This document shows positions 1 through 10,668 of a stretch of DNA of 30,189 bases, in pieces. The notes beneath the pieces are model-generated. The model had not been told where the DNA came from. It saw nothing but the letters and a program-made list of their open reading frames with translations, and made no database searches. How positions within the stretch are numbered: the stretch's first letter is position 1; every line of letters begins with the position of its first letter. A program made the translations under genes and the position numbers. Source of the stretch: Macrostomum lignano (lineage: Eukaryota). The stretch lies in contig NIVC01004955.1 in NCBI GenBank assembly GCA_002269645.1, positions 1 through 30,189 on the forward strand. The letters run 5' to 3'.

Positions 1-254
1 GTTGCTAGGGGTAGTTCTGGTTCTAGAGTATGTTCTGAGTTGCTATGGGTGTTCTGGAATTCTAAAGGAATTCTGGGTTGTCATGGGAAGTTCTGGGTTG
101 CTAAGGGATTGTTTCCAGGAGAACTTATGGATTGCTACGGTGGATGGTTCTTGGTTGCTAGAGTTCTGGGTTGTTAGGCCAGCTCTGATGATGAGACTCT
201 GGCCTGAGAATTTCTACGGTGCTTTATGAAATTTCGGAATACTTCCAAGTTGTT

Positions 255-342
255 TCGGGGATTAGAGGGATATGTGGGGATTTGAGGGATACTGTGGGGA
301 TTTGAGGGATGCTGTGGGGATTTGAGGAAAGCTGTGGGGATT
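255..342. repeat. Degenerate ~20-bp tandem repeat (GGGATTTGAGGGATGCTGTG-like) in the BTAF1 intron
   Basis: About 4 copies of gggatttgag(g)ga..ctgtg are visible upstream of the splice acceptor; 1-250 is also degenerate ttctggg/gttgcta repeat. Confidence 0.6.
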
Positions 343-418
343 TCTTCGGTGCTTGAGAATCCAGCACCCCAGCCCGAGGATTCCCAGTGCCAGCAGCACT
401 GCCACCCGCCCCCTGCAG

Positions 419-737
419 GTACCAGAAGTTCAAGACGGCAGTGGCCAACTCGGTGGTGAATGCAGACAACGCCAGCGTGGAGTCGCTCGGCACCGAGCAG
501 CTGCTGGACCTGTTCGAGTTCTCCTCCGGCTCAGCAGCTTCAGGCAAGTCGGCGGCAGACAGCAGGGACTCGGCCTCCAGGCAGAGAGCCAAGCAGGCGA
601 TGTCCAAGACGCTGGGCTCGGTGCTCAGCTCGATGTCGGCAGCTTCAGCTTCGGGCGCGTCAGCTGCGGAGGCTGAGCTGACTGTGGACTACGAGGAGGA
701 GTTCGACATGAGCCAGTTCGTGCAGCTGCTGTCCTGA
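419..737 (+). CDS. BTAF1: Terminal exon of a TBP-associated Snf2 ATPase BTAF1/Mot1
   Basis: Acceptor ccccctgcag|G at 418/419. Translation YQKFKTAVANSVVNADNASVESLGTEQLLDLF...DYEEEFDMSQFVQLLS* matches the remembered BTAF1 C-terminus (LQKFKMNIANTVISQENSSLQSMGTDQLLDLF...YDSEYSLENFMHSL). TGA at 735-737. Confidence 0.85.
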
Positions 738-769
738 TGCTCCACGGCTTTGAGCTCTTCAGCTGCCAG

Positions 770-1135
770 ACTCCTGCATCTGTCAGACTCCTTCATCTCC
801 AGACTCCTGCATCTCCAGACTCCTGCATCTCCAGACTCCTGCATCTCCAGACTCCTGCATCTCCAGACTCCTGCATCTCCAGACTCCTGCATGTCCAGAC
901 TCCTGCATCTCCAGACTCCTTGAACATATCCAGACTCCTTGAACATCCCCAGACTCCTCATCTTTATACCTCTCATCTCCAAACTCCTTTCTGTCCAGAC
1001 TCTAGGCTCCTAGAGCTCTCTAGGCTCCTTCATCTCCAGACTCCTCATCACAAGATTCCTTCATCTCAATCATCTCTAGACTCCATTATCTTAAAAAACT
1101 TCTTTCTTTGACTCCGTCCTCAGTCTCCAGACTCC
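770..1135. repeat. 16-bp minisatellite (CTCCAGACTCCTGCAT)n, degenerating downstream
   Basis: Near-perfect copies at 800-915, degenerate copies to ~1135. It begins ~30 bp after the BTAF1 stop and explains the ORFs at 689-982 and 737-1111. Confidence 0.9.
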
Positions 1136-1729
1136 ATATTCAGTCTCTTTCATTTGCAGCGAATTCATTTTCGAATTCCTTCATTCCAGAATCCCTCATC
1201 CACAGACTCCCTCGTCTCTGCCTCCTTCTCCCCAGACTGTCTCGGTGCATTCAACAGTGTCGTATCCAATGTGAACAGTCCTGCTGCTAGGGTTCATTGA
1301 AGATGCCGCATGTTGTTACGGTCTGTGCTGAACTTCGCTGTAAAAATGTTGATTCAAGCTCAACTTCCCTCATACTAATTAAGAAGTGCTCATCTGCCAT
1401 GTACTTTACAATGCGTGCATGCGGCTGAGCAGCCAGTAGTGACATTGTGCCACGCTGTGCCAGCCGCATTCATACTGTTTAGCCATTGTCCTGCTGCTAA
1501 GGTAAAAAATACAATTTATCAATAATATTTTCAAGCAGTTTAAGCTGATCACAGCAACCAATCTAGCTGCTATTTTTGTTTGCCTGAATAAAAATGATGG
1601 AGCGGTGCATTTCTGATCTTTGATCAGTTTCTGATCGATGGAATTTGCTGCTCACAAATATTTGCATACTAATATATTGAGGTGGCTGAATTTTGGAGTG
1701 AGAAATGCATGAGTAGGTGACTCTCTAAC

Positions 1730-1931
1730 CTGTGACAGTGGAGCCCAACACGCAAGATGAGTAGCTGTGTGACTGACAGGCTCATTGCATGTACACCCTG
1801 TGAGAGCGCCTGTGTGCTCAGGGGGTCACAAGAGCTGGCATGACTGCTGGCTGCCGGCTGACTGTCGCCTGACATTGCGGCAGCGGCCAAAGAATCCCTT
1901 AAGCGAATTTCAGTGACTGACTCGGATGTTA
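1730..1931 (-). CDS. Candidate internal exon, possibly an alternative C-terminal extension of the 2820-4697 gene
   Basis: Acceptor ccag|TA at 1932/1931, donor CAG|gttag at 1730/1729, open frame VTSESVTEIRLRDSLAAAAMSGDSQ... Its phase fits a donor GCCG|gtgaaa at 2858/2857. No homology recognised. Confidence 0.25.
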
Positions 1932-2819
1932 CTGGCTAGATGGTGTCTGTCAGTAGTATGTGTAGTATATTTGAAGTAATCAGAATTTATAAACAGAATT
2001 TCTAACTACTGACACCAACATGGCTATAGGCACATACAGCAGGTCATGCTCAAATATAGATCAGTTTTGAATTAGGCAAGGATAGTTCAGAAATATTGGT
2101 AACTTTTCGTCACATAGATATTGTTTCAAACAGCAAACTCTAACCAATTACCGTATTGCTAACAGCCAGAAAAAAATAAAAAAACACTTTGAGAGTCTGC
2201 AGTGTAAAACATATGATAGTTTGTGCACAAGGACCACTAGCAGTATATCAGGGCGCTACACTCAAAGATCGTGAAGGGCGATTTCCTTAAGAAAATACAC
2301 TGCGGAGATAATTGGAAATAATCTTTTTTCATCACAACATCAATGATTGCATTTGATTTGATCTGGTTAGTGAAGATTAATTATATTAATTTCGTATGCA
2401 CAAAATGTTACTCTGCTGTATTTTATGATGTTGTGCAGTGGAATTTTCGTTTTTCATATTGTTTTTTATATTTTAAGCCAAAGTTGTAAATACTCACAAG
2501 TGGCATTTGCTAAATTGACTGTTTTGTTCCTTCTTGATTGATTTTGTGATAAAAATGATTTTTCCTACCTCCATTCTCGTAGTGTCCTGAAATACTGCTA
2601 ATGATCCTTGGTCGTGGCAATGTCAAACGGACAGATTACATTTACATGAATGTAAGACACATCCGGAGCTGACACATTTTTCACATTGAACTAAATTTTA
2701 CAGTTTATGGTTTCTCGATATAAATTTTAGGTTAGCGAGAGAAAGTGAAAATACCTAAAGTCAATATGGCTACTGCATGCAATCAGTAAATCAAATTGAA
2801 TATCATTCGAAAGTTAAAT

Positions 2820-4697
2820 TCAATTCTCGCGCCAAGTGTAAAAGGCGGGACTTTCACCGGCTCTCCTGATGGCCTCGCGAAAGTCTGCTCTCTCATCGGG
2901 TCGAGTCTCCCAGAGCGCCAAGACGACTCGAAACCAGCACTCCGCAGCGACCATGTGCCGTTCCCAATTAGTTTGCTGCCATGCCTGAGCCCTGGGACTC
3001 AGAACCAGAGCCTCAGCTCTGCCGCGAACAATGGCAGCGGCCAGCCACAGCAGCAGCGAGTGGTCTGCGACACTGCAACGACTTTGTAAAATTTCTGTGG
3101 CTAGAGCCTGCAAAATGTTTTTGTATTCGCTATCGGATGCGCCACCTCTGCAGATTTTATTCAGCGCAGCTTTTCTTACTTCATCGGCGTTCCAGTCCAA
3201 GAGCTTTCTAACAGCTTCGTCCTGATAGCGGTGATACTGTTTGCTCAGCCTCTTCAAAACGATTCGTCTTCCACAGAGGCTCTCATGTTGATGCCGGGTC
3301 TGCCTCAGCTTCAGATAGGTCAACCCGCTCTTTGCTTCTGGCTCAATATCATCACGTGTCTCCATTGGAGGGTCTTCGCCCCAGATGTCGTGCGTTCTTT
3401 GCGGATCATCGTCCTCACTGTAGATTCTGCCATGTCTGTGTAACTTAGGAACAAGAAATCTTAAATTATTTGTGCTCGTACTACCTGCAATTTTGTGCAA
3501 CCGGTGAGTGACTTCAGTGACTACTGGTTCGATTGAGAGCCTGGTTTGAAGCCGTGATTGTTTAATTTCAACTGTAAATACAGAGAATGTCTGCAGCGGT
3601 ACCTCAAAGTGAGATATTGTATAAGTTTTCGGCCAAGACGTCTCTCCTGGTGGTGCGAAGTGAAGCAGCGCTTCAAATTGAAAGTCTCTCAGATCGAACG
3701 TTTTCAAAAACTTTGATCCTTTGGTCATTTCCACAACTACTGCAGCCACAAAAATCCTTAGACTTTCATTTTTCTTACATTTAAACTGCTCCTTCCAAGG
3801 GCCCAGTTCGTGACAGTTTCCTCGCAAGTCAAAGCTGTCAACGTTTTTTATTTCGCATTTGAAGTGCAACTCACAATGAGCGATTCTAAACACTTGGGGT
3901 TCAGCTTGACGGTCCAGCTTTATCAAGTACGTTTGCGTTGGGTTGACTCCGCCATCAACAGACAGATTGATGTCGTATGAGCCTGAGAAAGCTTCCGCAT
4001 CCTCTTTCATAACTTTAACACTCAGTGGCTCTCCAGTAGGCAGTCTCATGAAGCCATTATAATTGACCATTTGCAACTTTTCAATAGTCAGTGTCCAGAC
4101 CTGAGTGTCTCCGTGATCTTGCTTAGCATTTTCGCATGCCTTGCAATCTGTACAGAGCAGACGAGACTTTTTGAATGTCCTGCTTTCTAAAGAACTGCTG
4201 CCATTCAGTTCGGAATAATTAGCTTCGATATAAAACTTGCTGGATACCGACTTTGGAGTTTGAATTTCAAATATAAGGCAGAGTGGTATCATTGGTATGA
4301 CTCGGAAGTCATTCTTTGAAATATCTGAGAAAATGACAAACTCCGCCTTCTTATCTGCAACAAAATGAGGCACAAAGCGGAGCTCTTCGTTGAACTGTAC
4401 TGGATAGTCTGAGCTCTCTTCGATGGTTTTCCTCAGACTCATTGTCAGTATGTCCTCTGTGTCTGCTTTTTTCAGCTCGCCATTGTCCGTCACTGCAAGG
4501 TTTTTGAAGTTTTCATCGGTGTCAGCATCAACTCGGAGGTACCATACTTGCTCAGCTGGTCTGCTTCCGCGCAGCTCTTTCTTCATCAGTTCGCACTGCT
4601 TGGTCTCTCCGTCAGGCCCCCATTTGTAGCAAAAAATTATTTGATTAAAGTCTTCGCTGTGCTTTGTACGGATGACGATGTGCAACACTGTGTTCAT
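2820..4697 (-). CDS. 625-aa protein with a predicted beta-rich N-terminal/central region (one CBM20-like motif) and a C-terminal helical death-domain-like module
   Basis: Uninterrupted 1.9-kb ORF with ordinary protein composition. The ATG is preceded by an in-frame TAA and by cag| at 4706/4705. The C-terminus aligns by eye to the neighbouring ORF. Confidence 0.85.
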   Translation of the reverse strand: MNTVLHIVIRTKHSEDFNQIIFCYKWGPDGETKQCELMKKELRGSRPAEQVWYLRVDADTDENFKNLAVTDNGELKKADTEDILTMSLRKTIEESSDYPVQFNEELRFVPHFVADKKAEFVIFSDISKNDFRVIPMIPLCLIFEIQTPKSVSSKFYIEANYSELNGSSSLESRTFKKSRLLCTDCKACENAKQDHGDTQVWTLTIEKLQMVNYNGFMRLPTGEPLSVKVMKEDAEAFSGSYDINLSVDGGVNPTQTYLIKLDRQAEPQVFRIAHCELHFKCEIKNVDSFDLRGNCHELGPWKEQFKCKKNESLRIFVAAVVVEMTKGSKFLKTFDLRDFQFEALLHFAPPGETSWPKTYTISHFEVPLQTFSVFTVEIKQSRLQTRLSIEPVVTEVTHRLHKIAGSTSTNNLRFLVPKLHRHGRIYSEDDDPQRTHDIWGEDPPMETRDDIEPEAKSGLTYLKLRQTRHQHESLCGRRIVLKRLSKQYHRYQDEAVRKLLDWNADEVRKAALNKICRGGASDSEYKNILQALATEILQSRCSVADHSLLLWLAAAIVRGRAEALVLSPRAQAWQQTNWERHMVAAECWFRVVLALWETRPDERADFREAIRRAGESPAFYTWREN

Positions 4698-5782
4698 TTA
4701 AACACCTGTCTGGTTGCTGAGCCGGTTCAGAAATTTTATGAGTAGAAAAACCATGCAGATTATGTTAAAGTCTGTAATTAATAAGATAAACAGCCTTTCT
4801 ATTGCCATTCTTCCAGATAACGCTTCTTACTATATAAGAAAAAATTGCCTTTCTAATAGGATACGATACGCATGCTATCAAAGTTCACCAATTACATTTA
4901 GGTCTGTTAATAATGAAGGTAACCAGCCCTTGTTATAGCCATTATTCTAGACCATGCTCGTTACTACTGGTTCTATAAGATAAGATTGCTCGCCTAATAG
5001 AATATGACTTGGGTATGCTATCAATTAAAAGTTTACGAATTTCTTTTAAGCTCCCTACATTTTGTTTGCACCTTGAACTCTCTTGAGTCAAATCTATCCT
5101 ACTCAGCCTCAACAAGTATAGGGAAATAAGCAGCAATTTAAGGAATGACGATTTCAACGGACGCGTTATAAATTCCGATTAAAAGCGTGGAATTACTTTA
5201 GAAGTACATGTATCTACAAGAAAACCGATTGTAGATGATATACGGATATGGATATCCGACTTAGATTCAAAAATCAAAGGCAAAAAACGCTTGTACGATC
5301 ACGTATGTTTACATATAAAATCCCCCATTCTTAGTGGCGCATTCAGAAATTTGTTGAGGGTGGTGTGTATTCTGGAGGGTAAGGACCCAAAGAGAGGGAT
5401 TGGTTCTGTATTTTAGCGAGGATGCGCTTGGTGCCCTCTCATTTTTTCATGTCTCGACTCTCCGCCCAAAGGCCGCCCTCGCCATCATCCCCCTGGGTGG
5501 TGTAGCATGCGCATGCAGTGAGGAAGTTCGGAGCACATACCCATGCGCACACAATAAACGGGAAGTCTGTTCTGTCAGGCAATAAATACACAGGCACAAG
5601 CATAGCCACCTTCTACTAAGGCACTACGAGCGTAAGGCACTAACACTATCTCGTAGCCAGAGTTTCTCACTACAGGTGGGTTAATTTACAAGCATTAATG
5701 TACAAAAATTCAATCAATGATGAACAATGATGATATGCAACACTTTATCGTTAACTTAAAGGTTGAGAGCAAACCAGAAGGC

Positions 5783-6746
5783 CTAACTGTCTGTCTGGCT
5801 AACGCAGGCCCCGAACTTCTCAGCCTCGTCCTCGGGCTCAGTCCCGACAGCCCTGAGGCGGCTCCAGACGGCCACCATGAAGCAGAACCAGGCCTCCGCA
5901 ACCGGGCAGTGGTCTCGAGGTTGATCTCCGTTCTCTTGCAGGTCTCGCAGGCAACCCTGAACAATTTCTGCGGAACTTCTGTTCAGACTTCTTAGAGTCT
6001 CTTCAGCCAGCATCCACTCGCCGTCGGCAATGCTGATTGCCAATTCCATCAGCTCTTCACAATATTCGTCCTCAGAGAGATCTTCCTGAAGCTTCTGGAC
6101 ATTTTTCATCGCTTCAGGTCGTTGATAGTCATCTGTACTAAAGATTACATTGTTCGTAAGAGTTTGGAGCACAGATTTTCCCTCACTTTTCCAATTACTG
6201 GCCCCTGGTGCAGCCTCTGGCAGCAAATATGGAGCAAAGATGCGCCTGACGCTTTCGTGACTGGTCAGTTTAGCTGGCAGGTTGCGGATGCTGCAGAGTG
6301 AGTACTTAAAGTCTGTGAGCACTGTTTCTGTGTTGAACAATGGGTTGAATCGATTTTTGGCTGTCGTAGCCGACTGGAGTGATTCATCTGGTTCTTGATC
6401 GGATGTTCCTTGTTGATCGGATGTTGCTTGTTGATCGGTTGTTGCTTGTTGATCGGTTGTTGCTTGTCGATCGGTTGTTGCTTGTTGATCGGTTGTTGCT
6501 TGTTGATCGGTTGTTGCTTGTTGATCCGTTGTTGATTGTTGATCGGTTGTTGCTTCTTGATAGAAAGAAGTAGAAATGTACTTGTTATACCTGGATCGAT
6601 GAATTTTCGGTCTTGGTCTTGGTCTTGGTCTTGGCACTCTCTCTTCAACCAAATCTAATGATTGCTCTGAAGAAATTTTAGGCTGACTTGATGAAAACGA
6701 TTGTCGTTTACGTCGGAGTTTAGAGTTGCCTGAGTTACCCATTGAC
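5783..6746 (-). CDS. Main exon of a ~320-370 aa protein with a low-complexity N-terminus (RP and TTDQQA repeats) and a C-terminal death-domain-like module
   Basis: 319-aa ORF from ATG 6742. Strong acceptor cttttttaaatgcag|GTCA-ATG at 6747/6746. C-terminal LMELAISIADGEWMLAEETL...AEAWFCFMVAVW. Confidence 0.8.
6405..6550 (-). repeat. Coding 18-bp tandem repeat encoding (TTDQQA)n, about 8-9 copies
   Basis: ttgatcggttgttgcttg units on the + strand, in frame within the 5783-6742 ORF. Confidence 0.9.
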
Positions 6747-7233
6747 CTGCATTTAAAAAAGCAGTTGGCAATTATAGTTAGGCCTTATTTTTTCCTTTAC
6801 CGATTCATCTTTTCAGAAATTTATCCTATGAGTTAAGTATTTGCTTTGAGCTTGAGGAGTCAAATTGACTCGTAAACTTTTTTTTCATTATTAATGTGCT
6901 CACTAGTGAAGGCTCATTAATTTTCTAACACATAAAAAACTAGCAAAATGGAACTCTGATGCAAAAAATCGTAAGATTTAGCGGATGTCATTCTGAAACT
7001 ACGTAAAGTTTTATAAATACGAGCGTACATGACTTCATTCTTTCAAAAACTTATATTCGAACTTTATCATCTTGTTTAACTATTGTATACCAGTAGTGCA
7101 GTCCCGCTTCAGTTTTGAGACAATGAAATCAATTAGTAAATAAATATCAATAAATAAGAAGCAAAATTGCCTTTTAGAAAAAGAATAAGCGGCATGAGAG
7201 ATGAGATGAACGACAAAAACTTCATAGCTATAC

Positions 7234-7388
7234 CTGGAGTACCCAGAACTTGGTTTTGGCTTTCTCTTTTCCGCCGGATCAGGCCGGCTTGATGAAGACC
7301 GGTATGTAGAAGCTTGACGGTGTTCGTTCGATTGGACGCCAAGCTCGTATTTGAGCTCCTTAATGTGACGAGTTTCAGTAGCAATAGA
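7234..7388 (-). CDS. Probable upstream exon of the 5783-6746 gene (SIATETRHIKELKYELGVQSNEHRQAST...PSSGYSR)
   Basis: Acceptor atttttcctgtgcaag| and donor CCAG|gtatag. The 155-nt exon is open and ends in phase 2, so AG+G-TCA-ATG joins in frame to the downstream exon. Confidence 0.45.
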
Positions 7389-8349
7389 CTTGCACAGGAA
7401 AAATGTGTTGGCAGTTATAATTTACGCTCGTAGATAGGCTCAAAGACGCATCTATAATGTATTTTCGCGGGGCACAATAAAAATAAATTGTTTAATTTGT
7501 TTAAAATTTGTTTAACATGTGAAACCACAACACAAAATCATTGTAGCTCGTACACCAAAAATTTTTGGTATGATCTGAAGGGGGCAGACTGCGCTATAGA
7601 ACTAAGACGTCCCGTTTTTTGCCTACTTCTTTGGCAATTATACATATAGAACTAATACACTCGTATCCAACAGTCTCAGGAAACAATGCGGAAATCATTT
7701 GTTAAGGCCTCCAGCGGAGTTGAAAATTTGCGGCCTGGGATGCGCGTTCGTGTTCGAAAAATGTAACGCGATGACAGAGAAACTGCGGCCAACATGGAGC
7801 GTGAGGAGCTGCCGGATCGCTAAATCCCTTGGCTTGAACATTTGTAAACTAGTGGGACCTGAAGCTCTGCATTAAGGGAAAAAACCTGCATTGAATTGGT
7901 CGCATTGGTGGTCAGCTCTATTCTGATTCAGTAAAGCTGTGATGACACGGGCTATCGTCACAGAGTGGCATGGTAACCCGACAAGGTGAAGGTGTTAGCT
8001 GGAATGCCAACCTGGAAGCGGCACCACGACGCACTACCACCACAAAAAATTTCTTCTCTTTTCTCTATTTTGCGTTTCTGTTCTACACAAGGATTTTTAA
8101 GAATCTATTTTCTTCTAGTAACTAATTAGCGTTTTAAAAGTGCGTAAGATAGTGCTTAGATTTGTGTTTAATTATGAAAAAAGCAGTGTTAGGAACGTTC
8201 CCCAGCCCTGTGAGGCTAAGCCCCACCCCAGCCCCAGAAGTGCCGCATGTACTCCTCCAGTTCTCTGGAGGATTCAGATTATATTCTGTCGCTGTCGAGT
8301 GGACAGACACAATCTGCTCGCAGCCTCATCATCCATGCATCAGGCTTAA

Positions 8350-8474
8350 CAGTTACGCTCCCGGCCCATCCAATTCTGCCTGTGTAACGTCTCGGGGATC
8401 GCCGCTCACCCTCCTATCCCTCTCGACAAGCTCAGGGAAGTCTAGTACCCGAACCCCGATCACCCCCGTCTGCG
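8350..8474. mobile_element. Dispersed ~125-bp repeat, copy 1 (SINE-like, family unknown)
   Basis: Starts with CAGTTACGCTCCCGGCC, identical to 9993-10009, and shares the blocks CTCGGGGATC, CTCCTAT, CTCGACAAGCT and CCGTCTGCG with copy 2. Confidence 0.75.
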
Positions 8475-9260
8475 GTTTTAAAGTTTGATTTGTAAATATC
8501 ATGTGGAGCTTAGATAGTCTGAGAAATGATGACTTGTAACAATAAACACACTGAATGTCTTACCGTGTGTTGATAGACACAATAATCGACTGGTGAATTG
8601 TTGCTTTTTAAAGTGGATAAAAATTTTTTAAAGCTGATAATATTATGAGACAATAGCAGCTCAATTTGTCTCCAAATTAGGACTGGTTTTATTTAGGTTT
8701 TTAATGCTAGTGTGCGACAAGCATGCTCTAACGCACAGCAAGCTCTGTGCTAGCAAGCTCCTTATTGGGCAGTTTTGGCAAACTGCATCTGTGCACAGAT
8801 CAACTGTGCATCACCAGTCGATTATTTGCCAAAAAAGAACAGTTGTTCACACAACAACTGAAAAATGATAGACACATTTTTGAGCTCGCAGAGCTCGCAG
8901 CTCGCAAGCTCAAAGCCGCAACTTAGTTGTTCATAGTTGTGTACGAATCTTACTCTGCATCAGACAATCTGCATCACTGCTACAATAAGGCGGCGAGGCC
9001 GTGAGGCGGTAAGGCGGCGAGTGGAGCGAGGCGCTTGAGAGGCGAAGGCCGCCTGGCGAAGAAAATTAATACGAGGTTGTCCGGTGAAAAGTAGGACAGG
9101 TGCCATAACAATAGTATGCGCGGCGCATGCAGCCCGAGGAGCATCGGGCACACCTGAATCTGACGGCCAAGCCCGATGAGCAAGCCCGAGATGAGATTTT
9201 GACTGCTCATTTTTTATAAAAACATAACTTCACCTTTCCTCGGAAATAAATTTATTTTTC

Positions 9261-9300
9261 GGACCCTGACGAAGGCCACGACTTGGCCGAAAATTTGGTC
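9261..9300 (+). ncRNA. Minimal type I hammerhead ribozyme motif (Penelope-like element type)
   Basis: GGACC-CTGACGA-A-GGCCA-cgact-TGGCC-GAA-AATT-T-GGTC. Core CUGANGA and GAAA are present, stem II is 5 bp, stem I is GACC/GGTC, stem III is the palindrome AATT, and the predicted cleavage is after 9296. Confidence 0.75.
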
Positions 9301-9356
9301 AAATCAACATTTATACGAGTACTTTCTCTCACTGTGTGTGGTTTTAATTAATTTCG

Positions 9357-9874
<518 letters not shown>

Positions 9875-9992
9875 GTGAAAAGTAGGTGAAACTTTACATT
9901 AAGGGAAACTATATATATATATAGAAAATATATAGAAAATATATAGATGTATAAAACCTATCTATCTATCTAACTATAGTCGATCTGTCGAT

Positions 9993-10114
9993 CAGTTACG
10001 CTCCCGGCCTATCCCGTTCTGCGTGTACGGCTCGGGGATCAGCCGCTTAGCCTCCTATTCCACTCGACAAGCTGGATAGTCCAATAACCGAACTCCGACT
10101 ACGCGCCGTCTGCG
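9993..10114. mobile_element. Dispersed ~125-bp repeat, copy 2
   Basis: Aligns to 8350-8474 in the same orientation. Confidence 0.75.
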
Positions 10115-10123
10115 ATTCGAAAA

Positions 10124-10381
10124 CCTCTCTATTCGGCCCTCGGGTCCTTTGAAACTTCACAATAGCAATCCGGCCCGCTTAAGGTTTGTGTATCTTCTCA
10201 GTTCTCTTCTCTCTCCTCTCTTCGCTTCTCTCATCTCGCCTCCCTTCTGTTATCTCTTAGCTCCTCTTTCTTCTTTTCTCTCCTTCATTTCCTCTCCTTG
10301 CCACTCTCATCTTGCTCGAAGCAATGAGCTAGATTCTTTACCTGGCCTTTGAGGTAAAAATTTTATCGACCCCCCCCCCTG
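10124..10381 (+). mobile_element. 5'-truncated relative of the hAT/Charlie-like MITE at 24647-25545
   Basis: Shares GGGTCCTTTGAA.CTTCACAATAGCAATCCGGCC with 24712-24745, has a CT-rich interior, and its right end CTGGCCTTTGAGGTAAAAA...GACCCCC..CTG resembles 25512-25545. Confidence 0.7.
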
Positions 10382-10668
10382 CTGTACTCCCCCGTGCTGT
10401 GTTGTGCTCAAGTTCTTATTTTTCTCTTTGCAAAACGCGCAGTTCTGCGAATGATACCACACTCTATACTTTCTACTTATCAGTAAGCAAACTTCGACAC
10501 AAATCATCCATAGAGTCGATCTGCATCTACAAATATGTTTACATGAGGAATAGATAGTCCATTGCTTCATCATATTGAGAACTTGCATCTTTCCCCCATT
10601 TATAGTGGCACTGGGTGCTCTGCCTCACTCTACAAAAGTTTCTTTCAGTGCATGAATAGTAATATGTA

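Noticed and set aside
353-681. Alternative overlapping ORFs at 353-676, 460-681 and 224-607
   Set aside because: They are shadow frames of the GC-rich BTAF1 exon; only the 387-737 frame has recognisable homology.
5330-5520. Small hAT-like MITE (TAGTGGCGCATTCAG...)
   Set aside because: The right terminus is too degenerate and no target-site duplication was found.
6720-6742. N-myristoylation signal (MGNSGNSK plus a basic patch)
   Set aside because: Position 6 is Asn rather than Ser/Thr, and an in-frame upstream exon may make this Met internal.
8960-9210. Small minus-strand gene (ORFs 8960-9151 and 8980-9210)
   Set aside because: No recognisable homology; it overlaps the putative ribozyme-bearing insertion boundary, and the splice-like sites are not corroborated.
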